Assembly (NCBI GenBank): GCA_965223545.1
Contig: OZ245006.1
Span: 4,736,001-4,800,000 of the forward strand
Reading direction: 5' to 3'
Source of the DNA: Planctomycetota bacterium
Lineage (GTDB): Bacteria > Planctomycetota > UBA1135 > UBA2386
DNA length: 64,000 nt
The position numbers were made by a program, and so were the translations under genes. Below the pieces are notes generated by a model, which saw only the letters and a list, made by a program, of their open reading frames with translations, ran no database searches and was not told the origin of the DNA. Positions 47,801-56,753 of this stretch are shown one piece after another (position 1 is the first letter of the stretch; each line of letters opens with the position of its first letter).

Positions 47801-48122
47801 TCGTGGCGTTCGGGTCCTGCTCGTAGGTCAGCAGAGCGCGCCGGTTCTCCGCCGTGAGCACGCGTTGGGTGCGGCCGTGGCGACCGATCCACGCCTTCAG
47901 CAGATTGTCGTGCTCGCCCCACGCGCGGCGGTGGGCGGCGTCCCGGCAGTGATACTCGTAGAAGTCTTCCGTGCCGGGGATCAGCTGCTCGAGCGCCGCG
48001 GCCCGGTCCTCGGCCAGCGCGTACTGCTCCTCGAAGCCGATCGGAACCCCCTGAGCCACCGCGGCAGCTTGCGGGAGGAGGACGGTCAGGGTGGCCAGCC
48101 AGAGGCGTCGGTGTGCGTGCAT
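41880..48122 (-). CDS. Very large secreted protein (~2080 aa) with macroglobulin-like domains
   Basis: Signal peptide; KNV.TL.VKVFEIN, PGVYVVEF, D.DG.I.V MG-like segments; C-terminal YVKVFAR....FYKDGYTDLRGRFDY; no thioester CxEQ seen. Confidence 0.75.
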   Translation of the reverse strand: MHAHRRLWLATLTVLLPQAAAVAQGVPIGFEEQYALAEDRAAALEQLIPGTEDFYEYHCRDAAHRRAWGEHDNLLKAWIGRHGRTQRVLTAENRRALLTYEQDPNATMRHLVRRLGVNFGHQRQIPGAAPDVPTALDPRAISAATLTARALRGHRGSTNGFQPRALRDLATTRLDDRQLMSLLSRLQRPDVANLPALVVRNLQDRSSRGFGSLAIHRHLLLDQLEECARLLPSLLSDNNFVETYLPRLLPSADVDWRRDRGARVAYLQRLQAFADRLPPPYNSLKAHVLYHRLRDDLAAGTPDLGRFRAYLRLPRPGHYVHPRLRQENTSVRVDPGRGFPTGLPPIGDDEPLVRAYLAHALRDADSFDSFAEVLDPTYLRRQFAEIKILAGRGDMERWYSLLDDPGYYEALKERVEIEFPPTQRTDYGDEDPVTIDVDLKNVDTLLVKVFEINTFNYYREVGREVDASINLDGLVANHEETHSYDDNPLRRVRRQFALPAVQRPGVYVVEFIGNGLASRAVLHKGRLWHTERASAAGHAFAVRDGDGNVLEDASVWIGGRDYRADDDGEITVPFSTAPGRKAVILRHGDRAALAEFEHHTESYGLQAGIHVEREALRAGGRAQVVVRPTLLLNGRPISLSELTERRVRITATDTQGIGSTVDVRDPEFDDEREWQHELSVPTNIVEVQVSVSGTVRSLSRGEDVQLGPVTRSFALNRIDTTPQTGCPLIGRTPEGYFIDLLGKNGEPRAGRALHLRLSHRDYTDPVDVTLKTDEGGRIHLGPLLGIETLQVSGFPWAVGAVRLRDAVRTYPPVLHGLAGQTIRVPYLGPAGAATRQSVSLLRLRGGVFEADAIEHTAVAGGFVELRDLTPGDYSLWLIEQDRHFTVRITAGAPRGGWTAGAGRNLEQPAKRPLHVTRTSIDGDHLVVQLANAGVDARVHVGATRYLPAYEAFALRGPAHPGLRWMPSTPEGSSFHSGREIGDEYRYILERRLLPRYPGNLLRRPGLLLNPWALEETATAIGLGGGAGGKFGGRGGHRQRPGTAAAGDDAAALESAPGTYANLDFLPAGAPLHTNATPDADGVVRVPLAALGDGALLHVLATDDRDTVYTTRVRAETPLAPRERALENALDPARHLSQEQRIEFIAAGESAVLADAAHAEAQTFDTLAGVHRLFMAQTDDADLAKFAFVTRWHEQSDEQKRALYSEHACHELHFFLHQKDPAFFAAVVQPYLANKVHQTFLDHWLLGADLERYLEPWAFARLNLVERILLARRLTAQRDSVRRLVADLHDLLPPDPAKLDRLMRATLRNKDLDKAGELRARLGEARRALRSDSRSQQDRAAGEEMDMERAAAPEPAEEAEEAPNAVTGSDEFFMGGARRKEEAKQREQGKALYRQVDPTQRFVEHNYWHRRIEEQVGDWIAVNGFWRDFAAAGDGPFVSGRFAEATGSFAEMMFALSVLDLPFAAGEHGTEVDGRRVTLQANSPLLLVRQEIVDTAVRADTAPLLVTQNLYRLDDRYRFEGNERRDKFVTDEFLIGITYGCQVVATNPTSAPRQIRLLLQIPRGAIPVNNGFATRSVPLRLEPYSTATVEYAFYFPASGEFTHYPVHVSDGEGLLAHAESRTLRAVATPSRIDTSSWEHISQNGSTEAVLAYLDGHNLARIDLSQIAWRMRDANAFAAVLDRLRSRHVYHPVLWSYGLHHGDAAVTREYLQHADGFIAQCGRWLDSPLLSIDPIERHAYQHVEYEPLINGRAHRFGKRREILNADFARQYAALLLILADRPQLDANDWMSVTYYLLLQDRVHEALRSFAKVDPQQLHSELQYDYMRAYLAFFSETPATARAIAERYADHPVSRWRAMFQDVLHQLDEASGMGAQRSDPDNRVQAQNELAAAEPSLELRVESRRVHLRHQNLEQCSVSYYLMDVEFLFSTHPFVQQGSGAFAYVKPNREDRVALAAADRETVFDLPAEFANANVLVEVRGAGLVQRQPYFANSMAVRMIDSYGQLEVTDHDRGRPMPRVYVKVFARRAGGGVVFYKDGYTDLRGRFDYASLSGAHGDVERFAILVLSEEAGATIREAAPPLQ

Positions 48123-48483
48123 CGTCGTGGTGGGCAAGAAACTGCGGGGCTCGTGTCGATTCCGGAGACCGCGCTGAACGCGGGTTGGCGCGATCCGTTC
48201 CCGTCGCCAGCAGAGTTTGACGCGGTCGCCGCGCGCGCGGCATGCTCGAAGGGCCGAAACCGCGGCCGCAGCGCATGGTCTGTCCGCTTGGCTGTCCTAT
48301 CGGCGCGCGCCCGGGCGCGACCCCACCGCTTGCCGGCGGTGGGGAGGAATCCCCGTGGGTCGACGTCGGTGCTCCGTATACTCCCTGCCGCTTGCCTTGA
48401 CTCCGATCCGCCGCTCAAAGCCCTTGCCGCCCGCTGTCGAGCCCGCGCCCAGCGGCCCTGGCGAGGGGCCGGCGGAGGGCGGG

Positions 48484-49092
48484 GTGGAGGTTCCCGCGCT
48501 CACCGAAGACGAGCGCGAAGAGCACCGGCTGGCGCTGGCGGCGCGCGCTGGCGATCGCGACGCCTTTCGCGCGCTGGTCGAGCGCTACCAGCACCGGCTG
48601 TTTCGCTACCTTCTGCGGCAGCATCGCTGTGATCCGGAGACCGCCGCCGATCTGACGCAGGAAGTGCTGCTGCGCATGTACCGCGGTTTTGCCAGCTACG
48701 ACCCGCGCGCCCGGCTGTCGACGTGGATCTACAAGATCGCGACCAACGTCGTCATCAGCGAGCACCGGCACCGCAAGGCGCTGAAGCGGGATCGCTGGAC
48801 CTTCTCGCTCGACGCGCCAAGCCCGGACGGCGATGAGCGCAGCTACGACCCCGAGGACGCGGCGCCGCGCCCGGAGGAGAGCGCCCACCACGCCGAGATC
48901 GGGGCCGCGGTGCGCGCCGCGATCGCCGCCCTGCCGGACGAGTTCCGCCAGACGGTGCTGCTGCGCGACCTGCAGGGGCTGAGCTACGAGGAGATCGCCG
49001 AGGTCGTCGGGATCCCCCCTGGTACGGTGCGTTCGCGCATCCACCGTGGCCGGTTGTTGCTGCAGCAGGCGCTGGAAGAGTACCGGCCCTGA
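48484..49092 (+). CDS. ECF sigma factor (RpoE/SigW-like)
   Basis: GDRDAF..LVERYQ, AADLTQEV, STWIYKIATN, LP.EFR..V.LRD.QGLSYEEIA....P.GTVRSRIHRGR; GTG start uncertain. Confidence 0.9.
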   Translation: MEVPALTEDEREEHRLALAARAGDRDAFRALVERYQHRLFRYLLRQHRCDPETAADLTQEVLLRMYRGFASYDPRARLSTWIYKIATNVVISEHRHRKALKRDRWTFSLDAPSPDGDERSYDPEDAAPRPEESAHHAEIGAAVRAAIAALPDEFRQTVLLRDLQGLSYEEIAEVVGIPPGTVRSRIHRGRLLLQQALEEYRP

Positions 49093-49174
49093 GGCGATGG
49101 CCCGTCGGCATGCCGATGGGTGTTGATAGCCTTGCCCGTCAGCCGAACAGGCTCGATGCTGCCGGCCACGCAGA

Positions 49175-52100
49175 ATGAGCGACTCTCGACCGATGACTGA
49201 TGATTCTCCGACCGCGGCGGCGCGTTGGCGCTCGCTGTGCGATCGCGCGCTGCGCCAGCGCGAGGCGCTGCGCGCGATCGGCGGCGAGGACCCCAACGCG
49301 ATCGCCGTGGTCGGCATGGCGTGCCGGTTTCCGGGCGCCGGCGACATCGAGGCGTACTGGCGCAATCTGCGGGACGGCGTCGAGTCGGTGTCGGCGTTCA
49401 GTCGCGAAGAAGCGGTGGCCAACGGTGCCGATCCGGACTTGGTCGGCGACCCGGACTACGTGTTGGCCGGAGCCGTGCTCGAGGACGTCGATGCCTTCGA
49501 CGCCAAGTTCTTCGGCATCAATCCGAAAGAGGCTGCGGCGATGGATCCGCAGCACCGCGTGTTCTTGGAGTGCGCGTGGAACGCGCTCGAGCACGCCGGC
49601 TACGCACCGGAGCAGTGCCCGCGCTCGACCGCCGTGTTCGGCGGCTGCGGGCTGGCGACCCGACACATCCAGGATTTGGCCGAGAGTGCCGACCTCAACG
49701 CCTCGCTAGCGGTAGCGCAGCTCGGGGTGGGCAGCTACGCCGATTTCTTGTGCACCCGCGTGTCGTTCAAGCTCGGCTTGCAGGGCCCGGGTCTCGACAT
49801 GCAGACCGCGTGCTCGACATCGCTGGTCGCGGTCGCGATGGGCTGGCAGGCGCTGCGCACGCAGCAGTGCGACATGGTGTTGGCAGGGGGCGTCTCGATC
49901 CGCTATCCGCGCCGCACCGGCTACCTCTACACGCCGGGGGAGATCCTGTCGCCGGACGGCCACTGCCGGCCGTTCGACGCGATGGCGATGGGGACGGTCG
50001 CCGGCGAAGGCGTCGGCGTGGTCGTGCTCAAGCGGCTGGCCGACGCGATCGCCGACGGCGATCAGGTGTACTGCGTCGTGCGCGGCGCGGCGCTCAACAA
50101 CGATGGCGACGACAAGGTCAGCTTCTACGCGACCAGCGTCGAGGCACAGGCCGACGTCGTGCTCGAGGGCATGGCGCACGCCGGTGTCGAGCCGCGGGCG
50201 GTGAGCTACGTCGAGTGCCATGGCACGGCGACGCCGTTGGGCGACCCGATCGAGATCGCGTCGCTCGACCGCGCGTTCCGCGCGGCGACCGCCGATCGCG
50301 GTTTTTGCGCCATCGGCTCGGTCAAGTCCAACTTCGGCCACGCCGACGCCGCGGCGGGTGTCGCCGGTGTGATCAAGACGGCGCTCGCCCTGCGGCACCG
50401 AACGCTGCCGGCGAGCTTGCACTACCGGGCGCCCAATCCCGAGATCGACTTCGAGGCGACGCCGTTCCACGTCAACGCGACGACCACGGACTGGTCGACC
50501 GACGGGCCGCGCTACGCCGGCATCAACTCGTTCGGCATCGGCGGCACCAACGCGCACGTCGTGCTGCAGGAGGCGCCGGAGTTGCCGCCGACCGATCCGG
50601 GGCGCGCGGCCGAGCTGCTCGTCGTGTCGGCGAAGAGCGAGGCGGCGCTGGAGCAGAGCGCGGCGCGGTTGGCGGCGCATCTGCGCGCGGCCGGCGAGCC
50701 GCCGCTCGCCGACGTCGCCTTCACCACTCAGGTCGGGCGCGCCGCGTTCACCCATCGTCGCTGTGCGGTCGGCGCGGACGCCGAGGAGCTGGCGGCAGCG
50801 TTGGAGGCGAGCGATCGTCGACGGCCGGCGGTGGTCGAGGGAGATCCGCCGCCGGTGGTGTTCGTATTCCCCGGCCAGGGCGCGCAGCACGTGGACATGG
50901 GGCGCGCGCTGTACGACGGCGAGCCGGTCTACCGGGAGGCGTTGGACCAATGCGCGGCCCTGCTCGAACCCCACCTGGGGACCGATCTGCGTGCCGTGCT
51001 CTATCCGGCGGAGACCACCGAGACGGCCCACGAGGCGGCGGCGCAGCAGCTGCAGCAGACGCGGCTCACGCAGCCGGCGCTCTTCGCCGTCGAGTACGCG
51101 ACCGCCCAGCTGTGGATGTCGCTCGGTGTGCGTCCAGCAGCGATGGCCGGACACAGCGTCGGCGAGCTGGTCGCGGCAACGCTCGCCGGCGTGTTCGCGC
51201 TCGCCGATGCGGTGCGCATCGTCGCCGCGCGCGGAGCGATGATGCAGGATCTGCCGGCCGGTTCGATGCTGTCGGTGCCGCTGTCCGAAGCCGACGTCCA
51301 GGAGTACGTCGGCGCGGAGGTGTCGGTGGCCGCGGTCAACGGCCCGGCGTCGTGCGTTCTGGCCGGGCCGAATGCGGCGATCGCGTCCGTGTCTTCAGCG
51401 CTCGAGGCCAAAGGGCTGCCGTGTCGTGCGCTGAAGACGTCGCACGCGTTCCACTCGGCGATGATGCAGCCGATCGTGGCGCCGTTCGCAGCGCTGGTCG
51501 GCGAAGTCGAGCGGTCTCCGGCGCAGATCCCGTGCGTGTCGACCGTCACCGGCGATTGGATCGATGCCCGCGACTGGGTCGATCCGGAGTACTGGGCGCG
51601 CAACCTGCGCCAGCCGGTGCGCTTCTACGACGCCGCGCGTGCGCTGGTTGCCGAGCCGCGAGTCGTGCTCGAAGTCGGTCCCGGGCGCACGCTGAGCGCG
51701 TTGATCAAGCAGCACGCGGCGCGCGCTGGCAAGCGCACGGTGCTGACCTCGCTGCGCCACCCGCAGGATCCGCCGGAGAACGATCTGCGCACCTGGCTGG
51801 CGAGCGTCGGGCGGTTGTGGTGCGAGGGCATCGGCGTGGATTGGCGCGCGTTTTGGGCCGGCCGGCGGCGGCGGCGGGTGCCGTTGCCGGGCTATCCGTT
51901 CGAACGCGTGCCGTTCGCGATCGCGCGCACGGGGCATCGGACTCCGGCCGCCGCTGCATCCGCTGCCGGGCCGGCGCGGGCGCCGGTCGCCGCACGGCTG
52001 CCGCTCGAGCGCTGGTTCTCGCTGCCGACGTGGGTGCGGTCGGCGTGGCCGCCGGTCGAGGCAGCGGTGGGCGAGGGCGGTTGGCTGATTCTCGACGACG

Positions 52101-53806
52101 GTCTGGGCTTGGGTGCGGCAGTGGAAGCCGCCCTCGACCGGGCCGGCGCGGCTGGACCGCGCGTGAAGCTCGCGTTCGACGCGGCGATGGCTGGCGATGC
52201 GACGGCGTGGCAACGGTCGTTGGCGCCGCTCGCGGGGGCGCCCGCGCTGACGATCCTGCACCTGTGGGGGGTCATGGATGCCGACGCGAAGCCCGACGCC
52301 GAGGGTGCCCAGCGCCGCGGCTTCCACGCCTTGGTGGCGATCATCCGGGCGCTCGCCGATGCCTCGTTCCATCGCGTGCGGTTGTGCGCGGTGACCAACG
52401 ATCTGCACGGCATTGCCGGCGAGCCGGCTCGGCTCGTCGAGCGTGCTACCTCGATCGGTGTCTGTCGCGTCGCTTCGCAAGAGTTGCCGCACTGGCTCGG
52501 CCAAGCGGTCGACGTCGACTGGCGGGGCGATGGCACCTCGGCGGACCGCGTCGCGCGCCGTCTCCTGCAGGAGGCCGGCGATTTCGCCGCGCCGCCCGTG
52601 GTCGCGCACCGCGGGGCCGCGCGGTTCGCGCAGACCGTCGTTCCGCAGCCGATGCCGGCGGTCGGTGGCGACGAGCGGCCTTGGCAGTCCGCTGGTGCGA
52701 CCTACTTGATCACCGGTGGACTGGGCGGCATCGGTCTCGAGTTCGCGCGCTTCCTGGCGCAGGCCGGTGCGCCGCACTTGGTGCTCACCAGTCGGAGCGG
52801 GCTGCCGCCGCGCGCTGAGTGGGATGCGGCCAGCGCCGCGGGTGGCACCGTGGGCGGCGCGGTCGACGCGGTCCGCGCGCTCGAGGCGTGTGGCGCCACG
52901 GTGACCGTGGTTGCCGCCGACGTCGCGCGCCGCACCGACATGTGGCGCGCGCTGGAGGAGGTCGCCGAGCGGGGCGGTGAGGTGCGCGGTGTGTTCCACT
53001 CCGCCGGCGTGTCGGATGCCACCGCGTTGACCGAGCTGGACGCCGCCGCGGCCGACCGCGTGCTGCAGGCCAAGCTCAAGGGCACGCTCGTGCTGGCCCA
53101 GCTGCTGCAGCCGGAGAAGCTCGATTTCTTCGTGGTCTGCTCGTCACTGTCGGCGTTGCTCGGTGGTCTCGGGGCAGCGGCCTACGCCGGCGCCAACGCG
53201 TTCCTCGACGCGTTTGCGCAGATGCGTGCCGCTGGTGGTGACGGCGCGCCGCCGGTGATTGCCGTCGACTGGGACACCTGGCGCGACGTCGGTCTGATCA
53301 CCCGCATCGAGGACCCGGCGGAACGCGCCGCGGCCGAGGCCGCCACCGCCGACGCGATCGCCAAGAGCGAGGCGCCGGAGCTGTTTGCCCGCATCCTGGC
53401 CAGGCCGTTGCCGCAGGTCGCGGTGTCGACCACCGACCTCGGCGAGCGGATGCGCCGCAGCGCGGCGCGCACCGAGGCCGCCGCCGAACAGACCCCGGAC
53501 AGTGCATCGCCCGGGGCGGCGGCGGGCAGCGGCGAGCACGCGGCCGCGGCGCCGGCCACGGAAGCCGCGCCGGCCCACGACGCCTCCGCGATGGAGCAGG
53601 TCATCCTCCAGTGCGTGCAGCAGCTCATGGGCATCGACGACGTCGAGGCGGAGGACAGCTTCTTCGAACTCGGCGTCGACTCACTGATCGCGCACCGGAT
53701 GGCGGTACGCCTGCGCGAGCCGCTCGGCATGACCGTGCCGTTGCGCGCCGTGCTGGAGACCGGCTCGCCGCGGGCGCTGGCTGCTTACCTGAGTGACCTC
53801 GGCTGA
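49175..53806 (+). CDS. Single-module type I polyketide synthase (KS-AT-KR-ACP)
   Basis: KS: MDPQHR, QTACSTS, HGTAT, KSNFGH; AT: GQG, GHSVG, HAFHS (malonyl-type); KR: TGGLGGIG, YAGAN; ACP: FFELGVDSL. Confidence 0.95.
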   Translation: MSDSRPMTDDSPTAAARWRSLCDRALRQREALRAIGGEDPNAIAVVGMACRFPGAGDIEAYWRNLRDGVESVSAFSREEAVANGADPDLVGDPDYVLAGAVLEDVDAFDAKFFGINPKEAAAMDPQHRVFLECAWNALEHAGYAPEQCPRSTAVFGGCGLATRHIQDLAESADLNASLAVAQLGVGSYADFLCTRVSFKLGLQGPGLDMQTACSTSLVAVAMGWQALRTQQCDMVLAGGVSIRYPRRTGYLYTPGEILSPDGHCRPFDAMAMGTVAGEGVGVVVLKRLADAIADGDQVYCVVRGAALNNDGDDKVSFYATSVEAQADVVLEGMAHAGVEPRAVSYVECHGTATPLGDPIEIASLDRAFRAATADRGFCAIGSVKSNFGHADAAAGVAGVIKTALALRHRTLPASLHYRAPNPEIDFEATPFHVNATTTDWSTDGPRYAGINSFGIGGTNAHVVLQEAPELPPTDPGRAAELLVVSAKSEAALEQSAARLAAHLRAAGEPPLADVAFTTQVGRAAFTHRRCAVGADAEELAAALEASDRRRPAVVEGDPPPVVFVFPGQGAQHVDMGRALYDGEPVYREALDQCAALLEPHLGTDLRAVLYPAETTETAHEAAAQQLQQTRLTQPALFAVEYATAQLWMSLGVRPAAMAGHSVGELVAATLAGVFALADAVRIVAARGAMMQDLPAGSMLSVPLSEADVQEYVGAEVSVAAVNGPASCVLAGPNAAIASVSSALEAKGLPCRALKTSHAFHSAMMQPIVAPFAALVGEVERSPAQIPCVSTVTGDWIDARDWVDPEYWARNLRQPVRFYDAARALVAEPRVVLEVGPGRTLSALIKQHAARAGKRTVLTSLRHPQDPPENDLRTWLASVGRLWCEGIGVDWRAFWAGRRRRRVPLPGYPFERVPFAIARTGHRTPAAAASAAGPARAPVAARLPLERWFSLPTWVRSAWPPVEAAVGEGGWLILDDGLGLGAAVEAALDRAGAAGPRVKLAFDAAMAGDATAWQRSLAPLAGAPALTILHLWGVMDADAKPDAEGAQRRGFHALVAIIRALADASFHRVRLCAVTNDLHGIAGEPARLVERATSIGVCRVASQELPHWLGQAVDVDWRGDGTSADRVARRLLQEAGDFAAPPVVAHRGAARFAQTVVPQPMPAVGGDERPWQSAGATYLITGGLGGIGLEFARFLAQAGAPHLVLTSRSGLPPRAEWDAASAAGGTVGGAVDAVRALEACGATVTVVAADVARRTDMWRALEEVAERGGEVRGVFHSAGVSDATALTELDAAAADRVLQAKLKGTLVLAQLLQPEKLDFFVVCSSLSALLGGLGAAAYAGANAFLDAFAQMRAAGGDGAPPVIAVDWDTWRDVGLITRIEDPAERAAAEAATADAIAKSEAPELFARILARPLPQVAVSTTDLGERMRRSAARTEAAAEQTPDSASPGAAAGSGEHAAAAPATEAAPAHDASAMEQVILQCVQQLMGIDDVEAEDSFFELGVDSLIAHRMAVRLREPLGMTVPLRAVLETGSPRALAAYLSDLG

Positions 53807-53898
53807 CGCGTCACCCCGTTGGAGCCGCGGTCCGCGTGGTCTCAGCGGATTACGCTGCCGAGCGGAGCGGTCGAGTTTGCCGGCAGGCCACGCGGTAC

Positions 53899-55722
53899 TC
53901 ATTGGCGCCAGTAGCCGGCGACCGCCTGCACGCCCGGTGCCGGGATCGTCGCCAGGATGCGCGACTCGTTGAGGTCGTACACCTGGACCTGTCCTGCGTC
54001 GGCGAGCGCGACGAACAGCATCACGGTGTTCACCGCCGGCGCGAAGATCCCCGCGCTGTGCTTGACGAGGCCTTTGCCGCTGTGCTGCGCGTAGCGCACG
54101 CTGCGCTTCCACGGCGCTGTCAGGTCGGGCATCGCGCCGAGGTTGACGATCTCGTCGAAGGCGAAGTCGGCGATCGCGTTGCCCGCGAAGCGCACGCCAC
54201 CCTGGCCGTCGCCGATGCGGTGCGTGATCGCCCATCCGCGCGCGCCGAGTCGGTCCGGGCGCGGTCCCGGTGCGGCGATGACTTCGAGTCGGCTGAGCAT
54301 GGCCGCCCCACTGCCGGTCTGGTGCCCGACCCAGACACCGGGCTGCAAGCTGCTGGCGTCCATGTGGATTGCGCTGATGTTGTGAATGCCGAGCGCGGGG
54401 CCGGGAATCGAGCCGACAATGTTGTCACTGCCGGCGGCGCGCGGCCCGGACTCGTACATCGCGATGGTGCCGTCGCCGTTGACGATGTGGGCGTAGTACA
54501 CCCAGCTGTTCAGGCCGAAGCCGAACTGCCGTGCGCTGACCACGACTTCGCTCGGGCCCCGGATCTGACGGCGCAGCTGCTTGCGCACTCCCAGCGTCAC
54601 GCCGTCGATGATGGTGACGGAGCCGTCGGCGGTGTTGCAGACGAGGAGGTCTTCGCCCTCCGGTTGCCAGGCGAGGCCGGATGCGCCGGCGCCGGTCGCG
54701 ACCGTCTCGACCACCTGGTGGAAGCGAGGGCTGAGTGGGTCGACGTCGATGAACGAAACCGTGCCGGGTGCACTGTTGCTGACCGCCAGCCATTGCAAGT
54801 GGGGCGCCATCGCCATGCTGGTGGGGTCGGGAAGATCGATGCTGGCGAGCACGGTGAAGCGGTTGCTGTTGAGCACGACCACGCGGCGGTTGTCGACATC
54901 GAGCGCGTACAGGAAGTGGCCGATCTGCTGCCGGCTGGTGAACGGACAGAACGGCGTTGGCGGTGGCGGAGCACCTGGTGGCGGCTGTGGACCGTAGAAC
55001 ACGCCGGGTCGCAGGGCGCCGAAGATGCCCAGCTGGCTGGGGTCGTTGCTCCACGGGTCCCCGGGGACCAGGGCATTCGACGGGCTCGGCAAGCAGGGTG
55101 GGACCGTGGTGAAGATGCCGCCGGGCGGTCCCGAGGAAGAAGTTATCGTCGGCTCTTCTCCGTCGATTCCGCGCACCGGGTTCGGCGACGGCGCAATCAG
55201 TCGTGGCGGGTTGGGGTGTGGGGCGATCGAGATCGAGTTGCCCGGCTGGATCTGTAGGGTGATCGGGTTGATCTGGTTGGCCGGGTTGACGTTCTGGTTG
55301 ATGTTCTCGTTGTTGTAGATCAGGTCGAGCGGTTGGCCGAGATGCAGGTCCGCGATCGCGCCAACCCGTGGCGCGCCGATCAGAAGAACGCTGTCCGCTT
55401 CGTTGCGCGTCAGGGTCAGCGCACCCTCGCCACCGCCGTCCAGGCTGCTGGTGCCGGGCGCCAGGGGTGGAAACACGCCGGGCGCGCCGACGTTGGGATT
55501 GAGCGGGAACCGCGACCGCCGAGGGTCGCCGGTGCCCTGGCCGAAGCCGTTGAGGTCGATCACCGAGATCCCGGGGCGCGCGCCGCCGGCGCCGATGTAG
55601 ATCGCTTCGGGCGCAACCGGCGCGTTGACGCGCGGGGACTGTGCCGCAGCGTTCAGGCCGACGGTGAGCAGGGCGAGGGGGGCGAGTGCAGGAATCGAGC
55701 GTTCGCGTTTTGGTCTGAGCAT
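53899..55722 (-). CDS. Secreted YncE-like propeller protein, paralog of the C-terminal half of 6055..8847
   Basis: GAGGTGA RBS; signal peptide followed directly by NAPVAPEAIYIG; ends GYWRQ. Confidence 0.82.
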   Translation of the reverse strand: MLRPKRERSIPALAPLALLTVGLNAAAQSPRVNAPVAPEAIYIGAGGARPGISVIDLNGFGQGTGDPRRSRFPLNPNVGAPGVFPPLAPGTSSLDGGGEGALTLTRNEADSVLLIGAPRVGAIADLHLGQPLDLIYNNENINQNVNPANQINPITLQIQPGNSISIAPHPNPPRLIAPSPNPVRGIDGEEPTITSSSGPPGGIFTTVPPCLPSPSNALVPGDPWSNDPSQLGIFGALRPGVFYGPQPPPGAPPPPTPFCPFTSRQQIGHFLYALDVDNRRVVVLNSNRFTVLASIDLPDPTSMAMAPHLQWLAVSNSAPGTVSFIDVDPLSPRFHQVVETVATGAGASGLAWQPEGEDLLVCNTADGSVTIIDGVTLGVRKQLRRQIRGPSEVVVSARQFGFGLNSWVYYAHIVNGDGTIAMYESGPRAAGSDNIVGSIPGPALGIHNISAIHMDASSLQPGVWVGHQTGSGAAMLSRLEVIAAPGPRPDRLGARGWAITHRIGDGQGGVRFAGNAIADFAFDEIVNLGAMPDLTAPWKRSVRYAQHSGKGLVKHSAGIFAPAVNTVMLFVALADAGQVQVYDLNESRILATIPAPGVQAVAGYWRQ

Positions 55723-55908
55723 GTCACCTCTCTTCGTTGGTCGTCCTAGCGACACGCTTCCCACTCCGTCACCGCTCGCGCGCGTTTCTCCGCCGAACAA
55801 TCAGCGCTTTTTCGCTGTGTGTCGCCCGCGCGCTACACCCTCTCGCCAGTGAGCAATCGCCGGACCGTGAATGGCAAACCGCACTCGATTCGATCTCGGA
55901 TCAGCGCG

Positions 55909-55944
55909 TTGACGGGGGCTTTACTTTGCAATACAAAGTAAAGC
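55909..55944 (+). promoter_or_regulatory. Sigma70-like promoter overlapped by an 11-bp perfect inverted repeat (operator)
   Basis: TTGACG (55909-14), 17-bp spacer, TACAAA (55932-37); GCTTTACTTTG-N5-CAAAGTAAAGC at 55918-55944 abutting the ATG. Confidence 0.75.
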
Positions 55945-56751
55945 ATGAGCCGCGCGCGCACCAGCCTCTTCACCACGGTCGACCGACTGCTCCGGGGCGA
56001 CCTGGTGCCAATCGAGGACTTGCGCTGCGGCCATGTCCGCGTCCCGGCGTCACGGATGCTCGTGTTGGTCGCGGCGTTGGGCGGGTTCTACGGCTTGATG
56101 ATGGGGCTCTTCGCGGTGACCGGCGGCCGCGGCTCCGATGGTTGGCTACAGCTCTTCGCGGCTTCGGTGAAGGTCCCCCTGCTCTTCGTCGCGACGTTGC
56201 TGGTCACGTTTCCGTCTCTCTTCGTGTTCTCCGCGCTGCTGCGCTCGCGGCTCGGCTTCCACAGCACGCTGCGCATGATCCTGGTCGGCCTGGGCATCAA
56301 TCTGGCCGTGCTCGCGAGCTTTGGTCCGGTCACCGCGTTCTTCACTCTGTCGACGTCGAGCTACCCCTTCATCCTGCTGCTCAACGTCCTGCTGTTTGGC
56401 GTCGCCGGGTTGATCGGCTTGGGTGTCCTGCGCCGGATGCTCGACGTCGCCTGTGCGCCAGCGGCCGCTGAGGCCCGCGCGCCGGAGCCTCAGCCCGTCG
56501 TGGCTGTCGAGGCCGCCACCGATGCCGACGGCGCGCCGACCCCATCGCAGCGTCCGCGGGAACCCCGGCCAGACCCGGCGCGCCGCGTGTTCAGCGTGTG
56601 GCTGTTGATCTACGGCGCGGTGGGGGCCCAGATGGCTTGGGTCCTGCGTCCGTTCGTCGGCACGCCGAACCAGCCGTTCGAGTGGTTTCGCGCGCGAGAC
56701 TCGAACTTCTTCCTCGGTGTTCTCGAGGCGCTCGGCGCCCTGTTTTCCTGA
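55945..56751 (+). CDS. Uncharacterised integral membrane protein (Q.AW.LRP motif family)
   Basis: 5-6 TM helices; KVPLLF..T..V.FPS and VG.QMAWVLRPFVG motifs. Confidence 0.8.
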   Translation: MSRARTSLFTTVDRLLRGDLVPIEDLRCGHVRVPASRMLVLVAALGGFYGLMMGLFAVTGGRGSDGWLQLFAASVKVPLLFVATLLVTFPSLFVFSALLRSRLGFHSTLRMILVGLGINLAVLASFGPVTAFFTLSTSSYPFILLLNVLLFGVAGLIGLGVLRRMLDVACAPAAAEARAPEPQPVVAVEAATDADGAPTPSQRPREPRPDPARRVFSVWLLIYGAVGAQMAWVLRPFVGTPNQPFEWFRARDSNFFLGVLEALGALFS

Positions 56752-56753
56752 TC

